This document shows positions 1-11,645 of a DNA stretch of 64,000 nucleotides, in pieces. Below the pieces are notes generated by a model. That model ran no database searches. It was not told the DNA's origin and was given only the letters and a program-made list of their open reading frames with translations. The DNA lies in assembly GCA_043228905.1 (NCBI GenBank), contig JBHGNT010000017.1:186001-250000 (forward strand). Direction: 5' to 3'. This DNA is from Azolla caroliniana (lineage: Eukaryota; Plantae; Polypodiophyta). Made by a program: the position numbers and the translations under genes. The stretch's first letter is position 1. Every line of letters starts with the position of its first letter.

Positions 1-2739
1 TCGAATCCTTCCGGTTGCTGCATGTAGATCTCTTCATCGAGGTCACCGTGAAGGAATGCCGTCTTCACGTCCATCTGTTCTACCTCGAGGTCCATGCTTG
101 CCGCTATGCTCAGCACCGTCCGGATGGAGGTCATCTTCACTACCGGGGCAAATATCTCGTCGAAGTCGACGCCCTTCTTCTGCTGAAACCCCTTCACCAC
201 GATCCTGGCTTTGTATCTCGGGGGGTTTCCGGCATCTCCTGGTTTCAGCTTGAACACCCACTTGTTTCGAAGTGCTCGCTTTCCTTTCGGCAACTCCACA
301 AGTTCATATGTGTGGTTCTCATGCAGGGAATCCATCTCGTCCTGCATGGCACTCAACCACCTGCGGCTCTGGGTGTCATGCTTTGCTTCTTCAAAGCTCT
401 CCGGCTCCCCCTCGTCGGTTAGCAGCACGTGCTCTGGTTCCGGAAATCTTCGGGGGGCCCTTCTCTCTCTTAGAGGATATCTCCGTTCCGGAGCTTCGGT
501 AACCGGTTCTTCCGATTCTTCTTCATCCGAATCCATTTCGGGATCGGGGCCGGTTCCGGTATCATTTTCGTCTTCTTCGGCCGGTTCGGTTTCTTCACCG
601 TCTTCGGCCGGATCCTCGAGTGCTAACCGGTCCCTTGCCGGTCGGGACTGCTCCTCGTAGAGTTTATCCTCACCGGTCGACTTGGAGCTCTTCATCTTCT
701 TCTCCGACTCCCAGTCGGCGAGTGTCTTGTCCTCCATAAAGACGATATCTCGACTCCTGAATATCTTCTTGTCGACCGGGTCCCATACTCGGTAGCCGAA
801 CTCGTCGTCGCCGTATCCGAGGAATATGCATGGCCGGGTCTTTGGATCTAGCTTTCCTCTCCGGTCCTTTGCCACGTGCACGTATGCGAGACACCCGAAC
901 ACCTTCAGATGCCGGTAGGATACTTCCCTACCGGTCCACACTCTCTGTGGCGTGTCTCCGCCCAAAGGTACTGAGGGTGATCTGTTTATCACGTATGTCG
1001 CCGTCGACATCGCCTCAGCCCAAAAACCCTTGGGTAATTCCGCATGCGCCAGCATACTCCGGACCCTCTCCATTATGGTCCGGTTCATCCTCTCGGCCAG
1101 CCCGTTCAGTTCGGGCGTCTTCGGCACAGTAAACTCGAGTCGGATTCCCTTCGAGCGACAGTATTCCTGGAACTGCCCCCGGTATTCCCCTCCGTTATCC
1201 GCTCGTATCGCTTTCAGCTTCTTGCCGGATTCTCTTTCCACTCTCGCGTGGAGTTCTTTGAAGACGGACAACACTTGGTCCTTTGTCTTCATCGGTGCCG
1301 TCCACAGCTTCCGGCTGTGGTCATCAATGAATGTCACGAAGTACTGGGCTCCGCCATGTGACTTCGTTTCTACTTGACACACATCAGTGTGTACCAACTC
1401 CAATGGTACACTACGTCTCGTCGGTGGCCTTGAGTGGAAGGAGGCTCGGTTCTGCTTACCGGCCAGGCAATCGGTGCACTTCTCCAGGTGCACGTGCTTC
1501 ACTGGAATAAGGTTGTCTTCTGCAAGCCTCTTCATCCCCTTCTCACTCATGTGGCACAGTCTTTTGTGCCCCGGCCGAAATCAGGTTCAATCGAACCTCC
1601 GGAACGTGTCGGACATCCTTCAGCAACATTTTGCATCCGGTCGAGGTTGTCAACCACACGTCTCCTATGCCGGCAATCCGGCACGTACCTTCATTTCCCA
1701 TCCGAACACAGCCATGCTCACCGGCTGTGTAGGATGAGAAGTATTTCTTCTCCGGGGTCAGGTGGAACGACGCTCCGGAATCGACCACCCAGGTCATCTC
1801 TTCACCGGCAAGGTTCAGCTCCCTTTCTTCGGTAATGAGCATTATCTCTTCTTCACTTGCCGCGAGTGCCGTCGTTCCTTTCCGGTCCTGCCCTCGCCGA
1901 TCCGGACCTCTCCGGTCCGTGGCTCCCCGGTATGCACCGTTTCGCTCCGGTGACTTCTTCGAATCGGTACCGTCGGTTCCGTTGTCTTTCCGGAAATGCC
2001 GACAGTTCTTCTGGAAGTGCCCCGGCTTCCCACAGTAGAAGCATGTAGGTCTTCGCCTCGACTGCGACCGTGTCCCCGACTTCTCCCGTCTTTGCGGACT
2101 CCGGTTCCGTTGTCTTCCCCGTTCCGATTCGGTAAGCAGCGCCTTCGATTCGGAGGCCGGTTCTTTGTCTCTCCGACGCGCTTCTTCATTTAGAATACTT
2201 GTCTTTACCATTAGTAAAGACAAGTTCTCTTCCTTACAGGAGGTGTTGAGAGTAACTACCAAGTTCTCCCAGCTCTCCGGAAGGGTACACATCAGCATGA
2301 TGGCTTGCATTGCGTCATCCAACGGGAACTTGATCGCCGCAAGCTGGTTCACGAATCCCATAAACGTGCTGACGTGTTCGACCATGCTCTCGCCGTCCCG
2401 GTACTTAAGATTCACTATCTTCCTCATCAGGGAGGTCCGGGTCAGAGCATTCTTCCTCTCATACAGTCCGGATAGCTTCAGCCACATCTCATAGGCGTTC
2501 GTATCGTTCGCCACATGTTGCAGAACACTTACATCGACATATTGCCGGATCGTCGCTACGGCTTTCCGGTTCAGGAGCTTCCACTCCGACTCTATTACCC
2601 CCTTGGGTATCTCGGCATTGTCGATCGGTTCATACAGGTCTCGGACGATGAGAAGGTCTTCCATCTTTATCTTCCAGTCGGCGTAGTTCTGTGAGTTCAA
2701 CACCATCATGCCCGGAGGCCCACTACCGCCGCCTTCCAT
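1..2739 (-). pseudogene. Copia A1 gag-pol, frameshifted by a 170-bp deletion near 1570
   Basis: ATG at 2739 (MEGGGSGPPG...). Relative to A2, bases equivalent to 13447-13616 are missing, so the ORF ends at 1543. Integrase/RT sequence continues in another frame. Confidence 0.9.
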
Positions 2740-2755
2740 TTTCTGTGTTACCGTT

Positions 2756-2767
2756 GCTCTGATACCA
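2756..2767 (-). promoter_or_regulatory. Primer-binding site (initiator tRNA-Met) of A1
   Basis: GCTCTGATACCA is the reverse complement of TGGTATCAGAGC and lies 3 nt inside the LTR end. Confidence 0.93.
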
Positions 2768-2770
2768 CTT

Positions 2771-3480
2771 TGTTGAACACAGTGCTCAGCCACCACCGAG
2801 GAATAGGATAAATTCACAGAAAACAGGAAATACAAAATGCACGAGGACAATAGAGAGAAGAGTACACATGATGTTTTACGTGGAAAACCCTAAATGGGAA
2901 AAACCACGGGAGTCCTCGAACTCCAACTATCACTATAAACAGAGGTGTACAATGGTGAAGCTACAAGGCAACAACCTTGAGCTCACTGTCTTCGCCACAG
3001 GCGGCGGTAATACACAGAGGCAACGACCTCTTCGTCTCTCTCTCTCTCTCTCTCTCTCTCGGCTGCTCTCACTTCGCAAACAGAAAAATGAGCAACAACT
3101 TAAAGTTGTTTGCCCTAAGTCATATTTATACACATATGACTTTCGGGCTATTTACAAATATAGCCTCAAGGGCCCTTGGCAAACATATTCACAAATATGT
3201 CCCCGCATCCGGATCTTTCGCCGGGGTCTTCATCATCCGGCTCCGTAGCCGGGGTCTTCATCATCCGGATCCGGAAACCGGGTCTTCATCATCCGGATCC
3301 GGAAAGCGGGTCTTCATCATCCGGCTCCGTAGCCGGGGTCTTCATCATCCGGATCCGGAAACCGGGTCTTCATCATCCGGATCCGGAAACCGGGTCTTCA
3401 TCATCCGGCTCCGGAACCGGGTCTTCATCCCGATTCCCGGACATCCGACCATCCCATCCGGAGGGACCGTAATCCCAACA
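2771..3480 (-). repeat. 5' LTR of A1 (710 bp) with a ~28-bp U3 tandem array (~3223-3430)
   Basis: TG...CA termini, adjacent PBS, about 8 copies of GGGTCTTCATCATCCGG, homologous to the A2 and D LTRs. Confidence 0.9.
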
Positions 3481-3982
3481 GTAACTACTTAAAGAATATG
3501 TGTCATACGATATTAATGTTTATGACACACTAGTTGCCAGATCGTTGGTTTATAAAAGGTCTTTGGGTCGGTTCAAGCATGCTACTCCTTACTCCGCCTC
3601 AAGCTTGGCTTGTGGACGGCCAAAACACCTAGGTTCGTCGTGAATTGTCGTAGCTTGTCAATCCCCGGGGCCTTGTGAAGAGCTAGGTTGACGTCCCCGG
3701 CCAAAACACGCTCTCGGAGGAAGTGATAATGCACTTTGATGTGCTTGGTCTGAGCGTGGAAAACTCGGTTCCGAGCTAGGTGAATACTGCTCATATTGTT
3801 GCAGTAGAGGAGAATCGGCTCTGATATGGGAATGGCCATATCCTTCAATATCTGTTTCAGCCAAACGGCTTCATAGGCAGCAAGTGTCGCGCCCCTATAT
3901 TCAGCCTATATGCTCGACAATGCGACTGTTGGTTGCTTTTTGCTGCTCCGGGATATGGCTCCATTGCCAAGGGAGAAGACGA

Positions 3983-4818
3983 TGTCGCGGAAATACGTGG
4001 GTACGTGTCGGCTTGGGCGAGACCACGGGGGTCTTGGACTAGGGAGTAGAGGGGAAATGGGAGCTTATCCCTTATGGCCTTCGAGCTCAAAAGGGTAGGA
4101 GAAAGAAGAAGAGATTAACACGGTAGAGAAATAGATGGAGACAAGGTTAATCAAGCTAATTCCATTATACGGCACGAAAGTCACAATACAATTACAACCG
4201 TGGCCATTTAGGACGGACTCAAGCACAACTAGAAGAAATGACAATGACTAAAGAGACAGAGAAGGAAACTCTAAACCTTCCTAACTACTACCATGATGAC
4301 CAAACAAAACCCTAAAACGAAATAGGGACAAGATGAAGAAGAAGAAAAGAAAATTGTAATACCCTAATGGTCTACCCCAAAACAACATAATGGCGACCCC
4401 CTCAATGGTGAGCCCTCACCCCCTTTTATAGTAGAAAGAGGTGAGGCTTATTAAAAAATGAGACGCCAAATATTCCACTATTTTCAAAGGGGAATATTTG
4501 CTATGATCTTATGAGGAGAGATTGATGGCGCCTTAACTCCCTCTCCTCTCACTCACACACACAGTACCATGCCCACTACTCATTACACCCTTACTTCTAT
4601 GCACTCTCTTTTCCCACGTGTGCATGTGCACCTAAATGCACATCACATTTAGACTTTACGAACTTTTTGGTGTACTTTAGCACCTTACATTTCACCTTTC
4701 CTATTACATTTGCTTTCTTATTCTTATTTACAATTTCCTAAGTGCATGTGCAATGTTGCACATCCTGTTTTATTTGTCCCACTCAGGTTTCTCACCGTAG
4801 CCGAAAATCCTCACAACA
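3983..4818. mobile_element. Solo LTR (836 bp) inserted in the RNaseH region of B
   Basis: TGTCG...CAACA termini, ACGA repeated on both sides (3979-3982, 4819-4822), no coding content. Removing it restores the host reading STSGIVFSLG. Confidence 0.8.
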
Positions 4819-5803
4819 ACGATCCCTGAGGTTGATTGTCTATCAGCTTTGTCGCCACCCCAATCGGCATCTATGTACCCTTCAAGTAGTATCTGTGTGG
4901 CCAATTTGTAGAAGATGCTGAAATCCATGGTTCCACTCACATACCTTAGCACTCGCTTAGCACAGTCGAGATGGATGTCTCCAAGAGTTTGCATGAACTA
5001 GCTAAGGAGGCCAACCGGGTAACTCAAGTCGGGTCATGTAATTGTGAGGTAGATGAGGCTTCCGACTAGCTGATGATAGAGTGTCAGCTCACACTCTCTT
5101 GTGCCTGAGTCGGCATCTAGATTTAGGTTGCGATCGAGAGGGGTAGTGACGGGCTTACACTATGTCATCCCAAACTTGTTGAGAAGATTGAGGATATAGG
5201 GCCTATTAGAAAAGAAGATGTCGTTAGGAGTCCAAATTACTTCTATTCCTAGAAAGTAATGGAGCTCCTTCATGTCTTTCATTTCGAATCGGTTGGGGAG
5301 GAGCTTCTTGATCTGCTCAATGTCTGTTAAGTGTTCTCCTCCTATGACCAAGTTATCCACATAAATGATGATAAATACTTGTCCTCTGAAGTCGCTCCGG
5401 ATGAATAGAGAGTTGTCGGACTTGGACGTGTTGAAGCTGATTTTATGAAGATATTGGGTTATCTACGAATGCCATGCTCTCTGTGCCTACTTGAGGCCAT
5501 AGAGAGGCTTTTTCAGTCGATGTACCACTTGCAGGTGTGTGCTCGACTTAAAGCCTGGCGGTTGTACCATGTACACCTCCTCATCTAATTCGCCTTGGAG
5601 AAAGGCGTTCTTGACATCCATTTGGTGGAGGTACCACCCCTTGGTTGTTGTGAGTGTGATCACAATTCGAATGGTATTCATCTTTGCCACCGGGGCAAAG
5701 GTCTCTTCCTAATCGACATTGTGTGTCTGCCCGAAGCCCTTCCCCACAAGTTGGACCTTGTACCGATTGACAGTGTCGTCGGTGTTGTGCTTCACTTTGA
5801 AGT

Positions 5804-6249
5804 TGTCATGATATGGCAAGACTCGAACCCATGACCTTATGCTACATGGGTCGAGCTCTTACCATTAGACTATGAATTGTATTTTGTAGGATATTATTTT
5901 CATTTATGTTTTATCATAGAAAATTGATGTATATTCCAGATCTCTCTGGAACATTCTAGAAGCTTCAGGATTATTCCCAAAAACACTATAAAAGGAGGCA
6001 CAAGGCATTGTTTTGAACCAAATTGGTTCAACACCAGTCTTAAGCCTCTTAGCCGATTTGTACTTATCTTTCATATAATATAAGAGTTGCTGTCATCATC
6101 TCTCTCTCTCTCTCTCATTCTCGCTATCTCTCTCTCTCCTCTTCTCACTTCCTCTCTCGGGAATCTTACGCAGTCCCGTCCTCTTAGTACTAATAGTACT
6201 GTTGTTCTTTAGTACTAATTCCATCTCTGCTTTAGTACTATTCCTGACA
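5804..6249 (+). repeat. G1 5' LTR
   Basis: TGTCA...TGACA, TATA box at 5987, near-identical to 11035-11478. Confidence 0.95.
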
Positions 6250-6317
6250 GTTTGAACCAATTTGTCCTCCAGCCTACTTGTCACTCTCCCTCATCCTCCT
6301 ACCCTTTTCCCTATACT

Positions 6318-7475
6318 ATGGCTACTGTTAGTGCCCAAGAATACCAATCTGTTTTCTCCGAGCTACAGTGCCTAAAAGAAAAGTTTGTTGCCCTGGAACA
6401 AGAAAACCAACGGCTGATAGGGGATCTGCAACAAATCGCTCTAGAAAAACAACAAATGAAACAACAACATGGGGAGTTAGCATTACGGGTACAACAACTC
6501 GAAGCAGTGTTGCAACAACAAGGATCAAGTCCCCAAGGATTTCATAAAGAGCCCAAGATTGGACTTCCTGTGAAATTTGATGGAACGCATTCGCAATTCC
6601 GGGGATTCCTTAATCAGGTACGCTTAGTCATCCAGATGCATCCTTCCCGATATCCCACTGATGCATCTCGAGTCGGCCTAATAGGCACGCTACTTAGCGG
6701 CTTAGCCTTGGCATGGTTCGCTCCGCTTCTAGAAAAACAATCGCCCTTGCTTAATAACTTTGAAGATTTTATTGGTGAGTTTAAAGCCTGCTTTGGAGAC
6801 ACCGACAGCATCAGGACGGCGATCAACAAGATCCAGCGATTGCGTCAAGGTGATTGTCCAGCCTCTGCCTACGCGGCGGATTTCCGCCTACTTGCTTCAG
6901 ATATACCTTGGGATGATCAAGCACTAATGGAGCAGTTTCGCTATGGCTTGCGAAACGATGTCAAAGATTTACTTCTAACTTTCCCCGAAGAACCAAAGTC
7001 TCTTACGGAGGCAATCAGTCGAGCGGTTCGATGTGACAACCGCCTTTTCGAACGGCGTTCAGAACGTCAATTACAGATACCACGCTCTAGGCCGGAGCCC
7101 ACTTACGCCGCAGTCGCGGCTAAACCGTTTGCACGAGACATACCTCAAGCAAATACTTCGACACCGATGGAGATCAATACCATGCGTCGACGTGGCCCGT
7201 TATCGGAAGAAGAAAAGCAACGACGATGTGCCCATCGATTATGTCTTTATTGCGGTGGACCAGGACATATCGCCATCAATTGTCCCCATAGGCCAAGAAG
7301 ACAGGTAAATCAAATCGTCGCCTGTACTAAACCCGAGTCAATTCTTCCCTTCGGAGTGACTGATAGTATTAATAGTACTAATAGAGTGTCAGATAGTATT
7401 CATTGTACTAATAGCCCAAGTATCTCAAATAAATTTGAAATCCTTAGTCAATTAGATGAAGAGTTAAACGATTGA
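6318..7475 (+). CDS. G1 Gag (coiled-coil N-terminus, retrotransposon capsid, CCHC knuckle)
   Basis: Open ORF MATVSAQEY...CLYCGGPGHIAINC...EELND*. Confidence 0.88.
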   Translation: MATVSAQEYQSVFSELQCLKEKFVALEQENQRLIGDLQQIALEKQQMKQQHGELALRVQQLEAVLQQQGSSPQGFHKEPKIGLPVKFDGTHSQFRGFLNQVRLVIQMHPSRYPTDASRVGLIGTLLSGLALAWFAPLLEKQSPLLNNFEDFIGEFKACFGDTDSIRTAINKIQRLRQGDCPASAYAADFRLLASDIPWDDQALMEQFRYGLRNDVKDLLLTFPEEPKSLTEAISRAVRCDNRLFERRSERQLQIPRSRPEPTYAAVAAKPFARDIPQANTSTPMEINTMRRRGPLSEEEKQRRCAHRLCLYCGGPGHIAINCPHRPRRQVNQIVACTKPESILPFGVTDSINSTNRVSDSIHCTNSPSISNKFEILSQLDEELND

Positions 7476-10400
7476 GTCCAGCCAAAATAGGAGTCGTTTG
7501 GTTGGACAGCAGCCCTAGATCTGTACAGCCCATTAGTGGTTCCATTCCTTCCAAGCAAGTTAGCAATGTGTTCCTAGCCCAAGTCATTGTTAGTACTAAA
7601 AGTACTCCCCCAGTACCCGTCCTAGCACTTTTAGATTCCGGAGCTAATTCCTGTTTCATGGATCGAAATTTTGCCCAAGCTTCTCAGATATCCTTAAGAA
7701 AACTTCCTTGTCCCGCATCTGTAGTGGTCATTGATGGTCGTCCCATTGCTTCCGGGAATATTGTAGAAGAATCAGAACCCATTCAAGTTGTCCTAGGTAG
7801 TTTTGTGTGTATAATATCATTTAATATAATTAGTAGTCCAGAGCATCCCATTGTCCTAGGATTACCTTGGCTTGAATTACATAATCCAGCCATAGATTGG
7901 AGAACAAGAGAAGTCCGATATCGACCACCTCAAGAATCAACTCACCGAGTTTCGACCATTTCAATCCATCAACTACGCGAAGAAGGACCCGAGGAGGAAA
8001 TGTTCCTATTTGCCATATCAGTACATCCTTCCAGCACTATTAAGAAGGACTCCTCAGTACAACTTCCGGCAAAATATCATCCTTATGCCGATGTATTTGA
8101 CAAAGGTAAAAGCCGGCACCCTTTCCTCATCACCGTCCCTATGACTGTCCCATCGATTTACAACCAGGAACCGAGCCACCATGGGGACCAATTTACAACT
8201 TGTCACCCACTGAGTTAGAAGTCCTTCGAGCCTACATAGAGGAGAACTTGGCAAGCGGGTTCATCCGTCATTCGAAATCTCCGGCCGGTGCACCTATCTT
8301 CTTTGTCAAGAAGAAAGATGGCTCACTTCGTCTTGTCGTTGATTACCGCGGATTGAATAAAGTCACCATCCGGAATAGGTATGCACTTCCTCTTATATCA
8401 AGTCTTTTAGAGCGAGTTAATGGTGCCAAGTTTTTTACTAAAATCGACCTACGAGGAGCGTATAATCTCGTGCGGATCCGACCGGGAGATGAGTGGAAGA
8501 CCGCTTTTCACACGCGGTATGGGCATTTCGAGTATACTGTTATGCCGTTTGGCCTAACCAATGCACCCGCAATCTTCCAACACATGGCAAATGATATATT
8601 CAGAGACCTCTTGGATATCTGTTTGATCATTTATCTGGATGATCTGTTGATTTATTCGAAGACCCAGGAAGAGCACGATTCTCATGTACTATTAGTACTA
8701 AAGCGACTCCGCGAGAATGGTCTTTATGCCAAGCTAGAAAAATGTAGCTTTGACTGCAAGCAAGTGGAATTTCTAGGCTACGTCATCTCCTCAAAGGGCA
8801 TCGCCATGGATCTAGCTAAAATCCGAACTGTACTAGAGTGGCAAATTCCACAGTCGGTACGAGATGTACAATGTTTTCTAGGTTTTGCTAACTTCTACCG
8901 TAAGTTTATACAGGATTACTCGAAGATTATTTTACCTCTCACACAACTTACGAAGAAGGGCCAAGCATTTCTTTGGTCCGTAGAAGCAGATATGGCTTTT
9001 CGGCATCTTAAGAAAGCCTTTACATCAGCACCGATTCTAGCTCATGTGGATACAAGCAAACCATTCATCATGGAGGCCGACGCATCAGATTTCGCCCTCG
9101 GTAGCATCCTTTCTCAACAAGGTGATAAAGAAGAGTTGCATCCGGTGGCTTTCCATTCGCGCAAATTCGATGTCGCAGAAATCAACTACGAAATACATGA
9201 CAAGGAGTTATTAGCCATCGTGGATTCATTTGTACAATGGCGGCATTTCATAGAGGGCTCTCCACATCAGGTCATTGTCTTTAGCGATCATAAAAATCTT
9301 GCTTATTTTCAGAACGCTCGCGTACTAAATCGACAGCAAGCTCGGTGGGCGCAATTCCTCACGCGTTTCGACTTCAAAATCACATATCGACCAAGGAAGC
9401 AGCAAGGAAAAGCAGATGCACTATCACGGCGTTCCTATCTTGCACCTCGTCCTGGTGACGCAACATTTGATAATCAAAAGCAAGTAATCTTGGGACCAAC
9501 ACGATTGCACACGACGCAGATTTTTCACACCTCGATGGATTCACGGATTACCGATGACATACGTGCAACCTTGAAGACGGATAGTTTTGCTCAAGACATC
9601 CTGGCGCACATTGATACTTCTCGGGCATCCTGTTCTCAGTCTCAACAACCAGGTATTGACTACCGACAATTCGAATATCATGATGGTTTGTTATTCTTTA
9701 AAAAGCGCGTATATGTCCCCGATTGCTCCGGTTGCCTTCAAATCGTCCAACATTGTCACGACACCCATACGGCGGGACATTTCGGTAGTACTAAGACGTT
9801 GGAGCTAGTGCAGCGATCTTTTTGGTGGCCCCACATGCGCCGTTTTGTCGACGACTACGTTCGGACCTGTGATGCTTGCTGCCGAGCAAAGATGTCACGA
9901 CACCATCCATATGGCTTGTTGAAACCTTTACCGATTCCAAGTAAGCCATGGCAGTCTATTTGTCTTGATTTTATCACAGATCTGCCGGTCTCGAAGGGGT
10001 TCGATGCTATCCTAACCATCGTCGATCGATATACGAAGATGGCACATTTTGTGCCATGTACTAAAGCCATCACTAGCGAGGAAACCGCCGCTCTTGTTAT
10101 GCGTGAGGTATTTCGGCATCATGGCCTCCTAGACAGTATTATCAGTGACTGAGGCCCGCAATTTGTCTCCAAATTTTGGCAGCATCTCTTCAAGATACTC
10201 AAGGTCTCCTGCAACCTCTCCTCCGGCTACCATCCTCAGACCGACGGACAGGCGGAACGAACAAACCAAACGCTGGAGCAATATCTCCAGTGTTTCCTGA
10301 GTTATCAACAGGACGATTGGGCCGAGATTCTCCACTTTACGGAGTTTGCGTATAATAATGCTATTCACTCCTCGACTCGGGTCTCCCCATTTTTCGCTTA

Positions 10401-11023
10401 TACCGGTTTCCATCCTCACTAGTCGGTGATCGACACTCCGGAGCTACCTACCAACCCTCGTGCCGAGGATCATTTGGAGAGGCTACGCAAGATCCAGATG
10501 GATCTCTCTACTCACCTTCGTCATGCTCAACACACACAGAAGACTTATGCGGATTGTCATCGGATTCCCTCCTCTTTTGCCATCGGAGATCGAGTATGGC
10601 TCTTACGTCGTCACATCAAGACTACTCGACCGTGCGACAAGTTGGATTATCGACGACTCGGTCCTTTCCGTATTACGGGGAAGATTAATGATGTCACCTT
10701 CCGCCTTGATCTCCCTCCACAGCTTCAGATACATCCAATTTTCCATTGTTCTCTTCTTGAACCTTATAAAGCAAACACCATTCCCGATCGTGTGACACCA
10801 CCGCCGCCCCCGCTGGAGTTGGACGCCGGCCCGGAGTATGAAGTTGCTGCCATCCTCGATTCCAAACTTGTTCGATTGGCTCAGTTATAGTCCGAGCGAA
10901 CGTACTTGGGAACCCGTCAAGCATGTTGCCAATGCACAAGATCTTCTTGCTGATTTCCACCGAAAGTATCCAGACAAACCCAATCCGCAATTAGCGCCGA
11001 CTTGTTCCACTCGTCGTCTTTAA
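7463..11023 (+). pseudogene. G1 pol (PR-RT-RH-IN-chromodomain), disrupted
   Basis: Lies in the -1 frame relative to gag. Homopolymer insertions near 8103-8125, stops at 10150 and ~10420, small deletion in the chromodomain near 10872. Confidence 0.9.
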
Positions 11024-11034
11024 GGGGGAGATAG

Positions 11035-11478
11035 TGTCATGATATGGCAAGACTCGAACCCATGACCTTATGCTACATGGGTCGAGCTCTTACCATTAGA
11101 CTATGAATTGTATTTTGTAGGATATTATTTTCATTTATGTTTTATCATAGAAAATTGATGTATATTCCAGATCTCTCTGGAACATTCTAGAAGCTTCAGG
11201 ATTATTCCCAAAAACACTATAAAAGGAGGCGCAAGGCATTGTTTTGAACCAAATTGGTTCAACACCAGTCTTAAGCCTCTTAGCCGATTTGTACTTATCT
11301 TTCATATAATATAAGAGTTACTGTCATCATCTCTCTCTCTCTCTCATTCTCGCTATCTCTCTCTCTCCTCTTCTCACTTCCTCTCTCGGGAATCTTACGC
11401 AGTCCCATCCTCTTAGTACTAATAGTACTGTTGTTCTTTAGTACTAATTCCATCTCTGCTTTAGTACTATTCCTGACA
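11035..11478 (+). repeat. G1 3' LTR
   Basis: Preceded by the PPT and followed by TSD GAAGT. Confidence 0.95.
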
Positions 11479-11645
11479 GAAGTTCCACTGGCATCCAATT
11501 GCCTTTTGGTTGTATGAAGAAGGGACGAGATCCCATGTGTCATTCTTTGAGATTTCTTGCATCTCCTCATTCATCGCTTCAACCCATTGTGGCTCTTTAG
11601 CAGCTTCGGAAAATGTTGTCGACTCTCAAACTGTCGCCACCTTCA

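Larger units (their letters stand above)
1..3480 (-). mobile_element. Ty1/Copia LTR retrotransposon A1 (Tork/Tnt1-like), 5' portion; runs off the left edge
   Basis: 5' LTR 2771-3480 (TGTTGG...TCAACA on minus), PBS TGGTATCAGAGC, then gag (CCHC CFYCGKPGHFQKNC), protease (VVDSGAS), integrase and start of RT in Copia order. Inserted into the 3' LTR of element B. Confidence 0.95.
5804..11478 (+). mobile_element. Ty3/Gypsy chromovirus G1 (Tcn1-like), full length
   Basis: LTRs 5804-6249 and 11035-11478 (3 SNPs plus a 2-bp CT indel), TSD GAAGT, PPT AAGGGGGAGATAG. Domain order gag-PR(LDSGA)-RT(YLDD)-RH-IN-chromodomain (EYEVAAILDS...TWEP). Confidence 0.96.

Noticed and set aside
15-2494. Numerous antisense and overlapping ORFs in A1, A2, C and D
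   Set aside because: Shadow ORFs of GC-rich pol sequence with no independent motifs.
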